DNA from: Mobula birostris
Taxonomy: Eukaryota
Length of the DNA stretch: 64,000 nt
Assembly (NCBI RefSeq): GCF_030028105.1
Contig: NC_092379.1
Coordinates: 24,855,821 to 24,919,820 of the forward strand
Direction: 5' to 3'
Shown here: positions 54,765 through 64,000 of the stretch, piece by piece
Layout: the number at the start of each line of letters is the position of its first letter
Position numbering within the stretch: position 1 is the first letter of the stretch
Notes under the pieces: generated by a model
The model's database searches: none
Told to the model about the DNA's origin: nothing
The model's input: only the letters and a program-made list of their open reading frames with translations
Program-made: the position numbers and the translations under genes

Positions 54765-55479
54765 TATTTCAAGTATCTGCAAGAATCTTGGTATACATCC
54801 TCTCTCTGTTCACATTACAAGAAGTCCTGTAGCTCTCTATACTACATTTGGCACTGTTGCAGAAAATGAAATGCTATACTGTTTATCTTTGTATTAAAAT
54901 ACACCATGTTTAGGACATATTATACCTTGGCTGCATTTCAGAAGGTCTTGTGAGTGATTGCATTCGCGTTGCTGCTTGAAACTGCGCATTTTATACGCAG
55001 CGTTGTTCTTGTTCATATTACAGATAATTATTTAGCATGCAGATTGTTTTTTTTTTCTTTGAAGTATATTCACTTGTCTCTGCTCCGTCTCTGATTTAAT
55101 GCAGTTAGATATTGAATCTGTGAATACTGTATTCAACTCTGCACCTGTATATGTGACATTGGTGTTTTTGTTCTGCGATCACGCTCCACGCTTTGGCACG
55201 TTTAAAGATGTGTATCGTACATGGTCTGAGGTATGTTTTCTGCGTGCATCACCACTCTAATCAAACATGCCAGATAGACGTTTACACCCGAGATTGTATC
55301 GTTTCTCTGAATATATTATGTACTAGTCTATGCACTTGTCGACGTAATTTTTCTACAAAACTGAATGTTTAAAATATTTTCTCCCTTCCTTCAGCACAAA
55401 TATGCCGTTTCATTCCATATATCAAGTATATAAATGATCACGTCACTCCTTGTCTGTCACTGAATACACTGGAACCATC

Positions 55480-55830
55480 TGGGTTCAAAAGACGAAACAT
55501 TCTACATATATTTTCGGCATTTTTAGCCTTATTGTTACAGTTTAACCCTGTCAAAGGCGTTTTGAAAATCCAAGTACACCACATCTCCTTTGTCTACTCT
55601 GCTGCAATTTCCTCAAAAAATTGCAGGAGGTTAGTCAGCCGGATATTCTTCTCAGAAACCATGCTGCTTTTGGCCAAATCTTGTCATGTGCTTGCAGGTA
55701 CTCCGTATTCTCATCCCCGAAAATAGTTTCCAAAAACTTCCAAATCACTGATGTCAGTCTAACACGTCTATAGTTTCCTTTCTGCTGCCTCCCGCCGTTT
55801 TTAAATAGCGGGGCAACATTAGCACAATAT
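55480..55830 (-). mobile_element. CR1 RT fragment
   Basis: Reverse strand ...ggctgactaacctcctgcaattttttgagg...gtgtacttggattttcaaaacgcctttgac. Confidence 0.7.
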
Positions 55831-56448
55831 ATTGTCGGTTCTTCTAAATTACAAACATTGCTGGTGGTCAGTAAACTGCGTAATATAACAGCCTTTATTT
55901 ATTCAGAGTGTTTTAATAGTGTTGTTTAAAATAGAATGCGTAGATGTATCTGATAATTTAGTTAAAGAAAGTCCCGCACCGTAGCATCAAAATAAAGTGA
56001 AATAACCAGCTTGTCTGTTTTCACTGACATCTTTAAGCCAAGCTCATAATACCAGTCTCACTTTCACTATCGCTCACACTCTCAGTTTCACGCTCCCTAT
56101 AAACCACACTCGTGTTTTGAGTCATGGAAATAGAATGAGTAACTGACAGCGTGAAGTTGGGGGAGTACCACACCATCAGACAGAAACCGTTTCTGTACGT
56201 GGCGTCATCGGGCGTGATATGGATTTTGATGTTTTAGTGATACTTTCAATTTTACAATATAGAAATTTAAAAGTAATTTCATGTGATCCTTGATAAGTGT
56301 TTCATTCCTGCTCAAGACCGCTATAAACAGCCTACCGGAACAAGAAGTTTATCAACGAGTTTAGAATCTTAATTTTTGAAGGATTAATATCAACGTGGCA
56401 GAACAATTGTGCTTTCAATATAATGTGTGTCTGTGAGTAGATATATAT

Positions 56449-56450
<2 letters not shown>

Positions 56451-56498
<48 letters not shown>
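56451..56498. repeat. (GT)n microsatellite
   Basis: Direct read. Confidence 0.95.
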
Positions 56499-56500
<2 letters not shown>

Positions 56501-56759
56501 CTTTATTGGCAGCAGTCTCTGGATGTTCACTTACTGTAATATGTGCAGATAATATGGAAACAATGAAATGTTAAGACAGTGCGATTGGCTGAAAAAAATG
56601 GCACGCTAAAATTTTAAAGCAGGTCTGTTTTTGCTAGAATTATGCTAGTTACCAGATGTAGCTATTATTGTTAACCGTGCAAGAGGGAGGGGTAGAATAA
56701 ACAGGTCACAGAATACATGGTCCTTTTTTAGAAAAGGAGAATAAGACTAAGTCAGAGGA

Positions 56760-59350
56760 ATGTAAATTATGTCGTTTGCCCATCGAGTCTGCACCGCCAT
56801 TCAGACACGGCCGATCATTTTTTTTCTCCTCCTCAAACTCATTTTTAGGTCATCTCTCTGTATAATTTTGATGTTATGTTTAATCAAGGACTTATCAATT
56901 TATGCATCATATAACCCCAACGACCTAGCCTCGACATCCACATGTGGCAACAGGTTCCACACATTCATCACTCTCCGGCAAAATAGATTTAATACATTTC
57001 TCCGCCTCTTCGTTTCGAATGGAAGCTCCTCTCTCCTGAAGCTTTGCCGTTTTGTTCTGGACTCTCCAACAATGGGAAATACCATTTCCATATCGAATCC
57101 GTCTAGCCTTTTCAACATTTGAAAAATTTCAATTGGCAATCCGATCATCCTTCAAAATTCCAGCGAGTACAGAACCAGAGCCAACAAACCGACTCGTTCG
57201 ATAACCCTTTCATCTCTGAAATCATTCCTGTGAACATCCGCTGTACTCTATTCAAGATGAGGAACTGAAAGCTCTTCACTGTAGTAAAGGTGAGGCCTTA
57301 TCAGTACCTTATAAATCGTCAGAATTCCTGCTCTTGTATTCTGGGCCTTTTGAAATGAATGCAAAGATTGCATTTGCCTTCCTCGCCAGAGACTGAATCT
57401 GCAAGTTAACCTTTGCGGTATTTTGCACAGGGGCTCTCAATGCACTTTGCATCTCAGATTTTGGGTTTCCTCCTCGTTTACAGATAGTCCACAGATATAA
57501 TTCTAGTTCCAAAGTGTATAGCCGTGGATTTTCCAGCATCATGTTTCGTTTTCCATGTGCTTTCCCGTTCTCCTAAACTGTCTAGGTCATTCTGCATCCT
57601 ACTATTTTTTCCGCAATGCTACCGGCCCCTCTACCCATCTTTGTATCATCTGCAACTTTGCAGCAAATTCATCTACTGCATCTTCTAAATATTTTATATA
57701 CAACATAAAAAAAAGAAGTGATCCCAACACCGACCCCCGTGGAACACCACTATCACTGGCAGCCAACCAGAAAAGGATACATTCATTATCACACTCTGCT
57801 TCCTTCCAATCATCCAATGCTTCAATATGTCAGTAACTTTCCTGGAATGCCACGGGCTCTTAAATTAGAAACCCCCCTCATGTGCTGCACCTGATCAAAG
57901 TTCGGGTTCTACCCTCCACCTCTCTTAAAGAGTGGAGTGATATTTGCAATTATACAGTCCTCTGGCCCGATCCAAGATTACAATAATATTTGAAAGATCA
58001 CTGTAAATGCAGGCAGAAGCTAAAATACTAACCCTTTCAGAAACTCAGGGTGCAGTCCATCTGGTCCGGTAGAATTAGGGCCTTTAGCTTTATGACCTCC
58101 TTCTCCATTGTAATTGTAACTGCACGCAATTATCTTCCTACACACACTACAACAATTGGCACAAGGCTCGTGTTTTCCACAGTGAAGACTGATGAAAAAA
58201 TACTCATTTAGTTCATTGCCATCTCCTTGCCCACCGTTGTTATTTATCCTGCCTCATTTTCCTGCGATCCGATATCAACTCTCATCTCTCCTTTATTTTT
58301 AACATAGTTCAGCAGGCGTTTACGATACAATTTGGCATTATTTGGTATATTGCGATTATACTTCATCTTTTCCCTTCTACTAATTCTCTTAGTTGCTGTC
58401 TGTAGTTATTTTTTTAACTTCCAAATTGTTTATCTTCTCACGATTTTTTTTTCTTTGCTGTACATTCTCCCTTCTATTTTTGCATTAGCATTAACTTCTC
58501 TTGTTAGCCACGGTTGCACTATTTTGCCATTTGATTATTTTTTTTTTGTTTGTTTTTTTTTAATGCAAATGGCCTACACCTTCCCCATTTCCCCAGAAAC
58601 GCACGCCATCTCCGTCAGCAACTCCTTCCAATTTACTTTGTCCAACTTATCTCTCATACCGCTGTAATTTCCATTACTCCACTGAATTACTGCTACGACA
58701 GACTTTAGATTTCCCCTTCAAATTAAAGGTTGATCTCTATCATATTGTAGTCACTGGTTCCTAAGAGTTATTTTACCTTAGGCTCCCGAATCACCTCCAG
58801 TTCATTACACAAAACCAAATCCAGAAAAAAAAAGATTCGCAGGGAGGCTCAACTAAAAACGGCTGTAAAAAGTCATCTTTCAGGCATTCAACATATACCC
58901 TCTCTTCATAAGATCACCAATCTTATTTTCCAATCGACCTGCATGTAAAATATCCCATGGCAATCATACCACTGCCCCTTTGGACAAGCCTTTTTCTGTT
59001 TCCTATTGTAATCTGTGGTCCAACTCCCAGCCACTATTAGGAGGTTTGTATATAACTGCGATTTGCATTTTGTTTACCCAATCCACAGGAATTCGACATA
59101 TTCTGATGCTATGTCACACATTTCTACCGATTTATATTGATATACTTCTCGCATTTTGCTTCCATGCCGTCTGGACCATACTGTCTATAAAACAGCCGTG
59201 TATGAAGTGGCCACGCACTTTTGTTTTTTTTTTTTTTTTCCCCACTGGCAAGCCATCCTAATTTCCGCACCATCCATCAAAGTGACCTATGATGGACATG
59301 GAAATTCTCATCAGCTTAATCACGTGGCCATCCCGTACAACTTAAAGTTT
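56760..59350 (-). mobile_element. Decayed CR1 LINE
   Basis: SGVPRGSVLG.LLF..YI (57602-57817), the 3' end near 56800 and endonuclease-region remnants to ~59350. Confidence 0.85.
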
Positions 59351-60339
59351 GTTGTTCTCGAAGTCAGCCGCTGACCTGCCATTGTCTTTGAAAAATTGCA
59401 ATAGCTGGTCTCTCTTTTTCCTTTCTCAATCTTTCATTAGTTTAATAAAATATAAACACGACATAATGATAGTACAAAGTTATTGGGAATACATTGTTAT
59501 GATTAATATTAAATTACACACTTTTGAGTGCGTAGAACGATGAGGGTTCTGCAGTCATTAATCACGCCTCATTCCATATAGATATCATCGCAGCATCATT
59601 TAAAAACCCGATTCCGGTGTTTCTGGTAATATTTGCATAATTCTTTTCAGGAAAACGCACGAAACTTTCTTGATATTTTCTTTCAAATAATCGGTCTACA
59701 CAGAAGTTTCAACAGCGATAGATCCGTGGATGCATTGTCTCGCAGAGAATCAAAATAACGGAAATATTTGTTCTTTACATTCTTTATAATCTGTTCTTGA
59801 AATGAAATTTGTTGGAATTGTTCTGAAAGAATGGTCCGTAATTAATTTATGTTGCTCATGGAGGGGTGTTCATGTTAATTTATTGTTACATTTTAGCTTG
59901 GGTTATACAGCTATTCGATTGTGCGTTCGTGGGGCACCGTGACTTTAACCGGGGTGTGTCGTATTCCCCTCCCTTATCCGTATGAGACTGAATAGGATAT
60001 TTCCCCATTTCTCCGTGGTCCGTTTTGTGCTTGTCCCAATAAGGACATAAGTTTAGATACATAACAAAATCAAACTGTTTCTCATCTGCCATCATGGACC
60101 GAACGCTCGCTACAACACATTTGCTCCAGTGGTGGCTGACGGAAGGCTCATTCCGAAGCGAAAGATGCCAAGAGTGTCAGCATGTAGTTAGCAGCGAGTT
60201 TCCGTATCGGCGAATGGCGAGTGTATTATCGGATTGACTTCAGCTGAGGATAGAATATTAGGATTTATCTTTGCGTCTTTTCGAAACTGTGAGTTCCTGC
60301 TGGATTCTTAGTCTCTTCTCTGCAGTACTGGCGCTCGCA

Positions 60340-60378
60340 AGTTTTTGTACAGCCCTTTTCGTCTTTTGAAACGCTGTG
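60340..60378 (-). other. Second tandem 23-RSS (orphan)
   Basis: CACAGCG, exactly 23 nt and ACAAAAACT, located 16 nt downstream of the first RSS nonamer in the same orientation. Confidence 0.75.
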
Positions 60379-60394
60379 TAAGCCACCGCATTGA

Positions 60395-60433
60395 GGTTTT
60401 TGTGCATCTCACTTCCTCCGGTATATCACTGTG
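60395..60433 (-). other. Consensus 23-RSS of supporting V-delta
   Basis: CACAGTG, a 23-nt spacer and ACAAAAACC, a perfect consensus immediately after the V coding end. Confidence 0.97.
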
Positions 60434-60739
60434 CTCCTCCCCGACTGATGGCACATTGATACAAAGCGGAGTCGCGCACTTGCAGCTGCGAGATCTTTAA
60501 CATGCTGATTTTCTTCTCACGATCGATAGAACCGAAGAAGTGTCCTTTAGCAACATTTTCCTGACCTTGATCGCCAGAGGTATGCGTCTGGAGCAGCAGT
60601 TTTGGAGGTTCTGCTTGGAGCTGCTGGAACCAGTGTACCGTGTATGTACAAAACCCTAAATATTTGCAGGTTAATGTGACGACGTCATCTGAATGAACAG
60701 TCTGTAGAGGTGGATTCTTCGACACAAGGGATAATGGAT
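60434..60739 (-). CDS. TRDV: Leaderless 'supporting' TCR V-delta exon, open frame
   Basis: The acceptor is ttttaaattccttcag (phase 1). Translation (D)PLSLVSKNPPLQTVHSDDVVTLTCKYLGFCTYTVHWFQQ...DSALYQCAISRGG has the canonical Cys, Trp and DSAxYxC motifs plus an extra CDR1 Cys. No ATG leader exon was found between it and the J. Confidence 0.88.
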
Positions 60740-61329
60740 CTGAAGGAATTTAAAAGAGGCATCATTATTACTTTACTACTGGTATGGTATCCGCCACAAA
60801 TAGGAATAGGTGAAGGATTGACACCTGCTGGTTTCGTTGACAATGTCTCCAAAATTCTTTTGTTGCCCTTGGAAATCTCCCGGCGACTTGCTGAGGTAGA
60901 GAAATAATTGGCCGTTGGTGCAGCAGGTGAAACGAAATTATCCGCAGGAGAAATGGAATTACTGCAACTAAATGCTGGAAAATTTGAAACCATGGTGTTT
61001 AATAATTAAAATATGGAACATTTCTGAAACAACCTCCTAGAGCCATTTACCAAAAGGATGGAGTACTTACCTGTTCTATTGTGGAAAATTGTATTTTTAT
61101 TTATATTTTTGTTAGGGAAGGAAGAATGGGAAAATAATTAAACAGTATATTGTTTACAACGACTGATGCACCAGCTACAAATGTGTTGCTCTTTGATTTA
61201 GCAGATTAAGATCCATGAGAAGGACATGATTTTCCTTGTTTGTGATGAGCAGCTGTGGGGTAAGAGTAGACCTTGTTAAATTTAACACACTCCCCGGTAA
61301 AACTTCCTAACTATACGGTATAACACACC

Positions 61330-61505
61330 CCAATGCTAAAGGAGCTCAGCAGGCCAGGCAGCATTAATGGAAAAGACTAGACAGGAGATGCTTCAATACA
61401 GACACTTTATCAGTTTATTCGTAGAGGCAACCTGGCTTGTAGAGATCATTGAGCATTTTGGTTTTGTTGAATTGGGTTTCCAGCATCTGCAGATTTTCTC
61501 ATTTT
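61330..61505. mobile_element. Small Penelope-like terminal remnant in the J to V-delta intron
   Basis: ggagctcagcaggccaggcagca (reverse) and tttccagcatctgcaga (forward) match the 3' terminus at ~1715-1790 and ~33670-33745. Confidence 0.5.
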
Positions 61506-62159
61506 TTCCCCATTTTCCGTGCCAGGTATTCCTCCAATTTCCTTACAGATCAGTCAGCTTGCAGATGTCTTCTTTTTCCCCTTCACAGTTTTTTTTTTTT
61601 TTTTGCTGCATCTGCTATATCTGTTGTCAACTTAACATGTTCTCAGGCAATCTGCCTGATGTTGCTTGCATTGCAGTTTACAAGTGGGTGTCAGTTTCAT
61701 TCGCAGCTGGGCCTTTACACTGATTAATTGCATTTATAGCTTGTGCATAATCAAGAGTTACTTTCTCAATCCTGCAATATGAAGTTTCTGTGGACCTGCA
61801 GAGTCACCCAGCACAGGACTTCGCTGAGATGTTTCGTCATCTTGATAGCGCTATGTGCTGACCAAAGATGGGCATGTCTTGTGCTGCACCCGAAACCGCC
61901 TGCTGTCAACACAAATAGCCGTGTTGCATATGAGAATGAACACTTGCCGCTCCTCTCGTACTGCATGGGCACAGAGATGCGCTGCCTTTTCTTAACTGCA
62001 CTTTTCCTTAGACTTGTTCATGGTTGGTAATCTAAACGTGTTATTTTTCTTAAAGCCCAATCCCGTAAATCTCAATGAAACTTGATATATTCAAGAAAAC
62101 TGTCCTTATAAACACATTGATAAAACGGCTTAATAAATTTCGCTAGTTCAGATACTTAC

Positions 62160-62214
62160 CTATTGTGACTATAACAGTGGAACCAGTTCCATATAGATTT
62201 CCAGTGTAGTAACT
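62160..62214 (-). CDS. NAR-TCR J segment (SYYTGNLYGTGSTVIVTI)
   Basis: It carries an IgNAR-type YGxGxTV motif and ends at the phase-1 donor G|GTAAGT (62160/62159). Upstream is GATTCTTGT-23 nt-CATGGTG (62253-62215). Confidence 0.9.
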
Positions 62215-62587
62215 CACCATGTTTCGACTCTCAGTGTCACTGGTACAAGAATCATCTTCAGTTCATTCGAATCAGTGGCCGTCATTGGACAGTGTACACA
62301 TATTCCACACATTTAAAACATCACCAACATTATTCAGTGTTCCACAAACACCAGTGACGAATCTACTTTTGAAAAAGAAAACTCTATAAATGGCTGTACG
62401 ATATTTTCCGAATGTTGGTTCTCGAAACTGCAGCCAATGTCAAAGACGAACTCCTGGAAGGGACAAAGCAGAATGGAGTTTCCCAGATCACAGCGTGAAA
62501 GTAATCCAACATATGATTCTTTTTCCCGACTCCAGTATATATACTTTATCGGGGCAGAAAGTTCTTGTTCGACTATCGTCCGTTGTG

Positions 62588-62601
62588 TGTGCCCCAATAT
62601 C
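62588..62601 (-). CDS. NAR-TCR D segment (GATATTGGGGCACA)
   Basis: The 5' side has CACTGTG (62608-62602), a 12-nt spacer and a nonamer-like CGATTTGTA. The 3' side has CACAACG, a 12-nt spacer and ACAAGAACT (62587-62560). The segment lies between V and J. Confidence 0.85.
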
Positions 62602-62941
62602 CACAGTGTTTCGTGTCAGGTACAAATCGCAGGACAGGATTGGAGTGGAGTTAACAGCTTCCAAACTGCTATTACACCTTCCATGCTGTTGGAGCAGGGT
62701 CCCATGCGAAGTAAGGTTTGAGTAGGAGGAAAATCATTCTCAGTTGCTGTTCGTCGGAAATTATTTTGCGAAAAGTGATTTTGTATATGCAAACTCAGAA
62801 CAGAAAAGAACCAGAGTAGAAACAATAAACTTCCTGTACCATTACAAAAACAATACTGTATGGAACGCAGACGAAGTGCCTCGATGAATTACGGACAGAT
62901 TAACTGCACTCTTTAAGCTGTTGATGGGATAAGTTACAGCC

Positions 62942-62981
62942 AGTATTTGAGAACGGCGGAAATCCTTTACCGATTTCTGTG
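62942..62981 (-). other. RSS of NAR-TCR V (degenerate, 23-type)
   Basis: Heptamer CACAGAA directly follows the V coding end. The best nonamer, TCAAATACT (6/9), lies at a 24-nt spacer; at 23 nt the nonamer is CTCAAATAC. Confidence 0.6.
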
Positions 62982-63266
62982 TATACTTATATTGAACTTT
63001 ACAGACATAGGTGGCGCTGTCCTTAACTACAAGATTCATAATTTTCAGGGTAATTGTCATTTCTGCTTTATTTTCCGTTATTAAATGTCTTCCTCCTGTG
63101 TTGATCCGCTCTCCCTCCGTTCCTGACTGCGTCTGTTTGATGAAATATCCGGTTACAAAAGTATCGCTTGACGATTTTTTATGGAACATGCATGTGATGG
63201 TGAGAGACTGGCATTCATTTTTAGTCACCGCTGTCGGGCTCTGGGTCACGGACTGGCTGAAAAAGA
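62982..63266 (-). CDS. NARTCRV: IgNAR-like variable exon (NAR-TCR V), open frame
   Basis: The acceptor is ttcttaatttccag. Translation SVTQSPTAVTKNECQSLTITC...TGYFIKQTQSGTEGERINTGGRHLITENKAEMTITLKIMNLVVKDSATYVCKVQYKY matches the VNAR pattern (TK..xxSLTIxC, E.I..GGR, D-S-x-T-Y-x-C-K-V, deleted CDR2 region). It is followed by an RSS-like signal. Confidence 0.9.
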
Positions 63267-63413
63267 CTGGAAATTAAGAATATGGAGAAGCGAAGCGGCA
63301 TTAGATGTGAAACGTGCAAGACGGCTAATATAATGACTTCATGAAATTCTGAATCTACTTGTTCAATTTTATATCTATGTCACATATTGCGGACAGTTGT
63401 GAACAGTACTCAC

Positions 63414-63456
63414 GGCGAAAGCAGAGGCAGAGCGTGACACCCAAGAGAAAGTTCAT
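63414..63456 (-). CDS. Leader (signal peptide) exon of the NAR-TCR V gene
   Basis: ATG at 63456 reads MNFLLGVTLCLCFR plus 1 nt, followed by the donor GTGAGTA. The phase-1 intron (63413-63267) joins in frame to the V exon, giving MNFLLGVTLCLCFR-LFFSQSVTQSP. Confidence 0.88.
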
Positions 63457-63547
63457 TGTTTCGTCTCCGGGTGTTAGATGTTTCATATTACGGACAGCGA
63501 GAGTGTTGTGGCAGTTTGTTCACCAGAACTGGGCTGAGACAGCTCGG

Positions 63548-63609
63548 CCGGAAGCTGATGTACATTTATGCAATTGCTGCGCTTTTTCCGCATTATATTT
63601 TGTGCGTCA
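63548..63609 (-). promoter_or_regulatory. Candidate V promoter motifs
   Basis: About 90-150 nt upstream of the leader ATG lie an ETS-like CCGGAAG, an octamer-like ATGCAATT (7/8) and a CRE-like TGCGTCA. These are short motifs and may be chance matches. Confidence 0.25.
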
Positions 63610-64000
63610 AAGGGGCAGGTTTAATGAGCAATAGGTATGGTTCTATTTCCTCCAAAGCTCTTTGAAGCTAATGAGAAAGGTCCTCCCTGATTTTTTTAAC
63701 ACCAATAGGAGTAATGCCTCGTCCTTTGAATAAATACGAAAAGTCGGGGGAGATGGGAAAAGGAAATGACATAATTTACAGGTGCCATGGTGAAAAGAAG
63801 TCTCGTCAACATTACTGCTGCTGTTACTTTGTTTCAACATATTTCAACAGCCACCTCCAGGTTTCTCAAGGAATGTCGTTAACGATATAGAAAACGGTAA
63901 GAAGGTGTTAGAAATGGAACAAGTTTTTTTTTTCTTGGGCATTGAGAAAGTTAGAGGGAAAGTTGAGGAAATTGAGAGCATAAGCAAGGGTACATGAGGA

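Noticed and set aside
61063-61140. Strong donor CAG|GTAAGT 330 nt upstream of the V-delta acceptor, as a possible leader exon
   Set aside because: The upstream frame (NINKNTIFHNRT) has no ATG and is not hydrophobic. At most it is a vestige.
62844-62852. Nonamer-like ACAAAAACA between V and D, suggesting a second D
   Set aside because: There is no heptamer at 12 or 23 nt.

Overview
Repeat-rich eukaryotic DNA from a cartilaginous fish. The taxon is inferred from a VNAR-like V segment and the shark/ray-type CR1 families. The only host gene content I can support is a compact, apparently intact NAR-TCR cassette on the minus strand at ~60.3-63.5 kb, belonging to the TCR delta locus. In transcription order it has a leader exon, an IgNAR-like V exon with a ~23-RSS, one D (12/12 RSS), a NAR-type J (23-RSS, YGxG motif) and a leaderless supporting TCR V-delta exon with a perfect 23-RSS. 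The J splices in frame to the V-delta exon, predicting a two-V-domain TCR chain. An unexplained second, near-consensus 23-RSS sits 16 nt behind the V-delta RSS. The other ~60 kb is mostly decayed and nested transposons: CR1 LINEs, Rex1/Babar-like and RTE-like LINEs, Penelope-like elements, SINEs, a hAT element with TIRs and an 8-bp TSD, and a piggyBac fragment. It also contains microsatellites, a 309-N gap and traces of an old local duplication. Most ORF-track entries are TE fragments or noise. TE boundaries are approximate unless a junction is quoted. No database searches were run.
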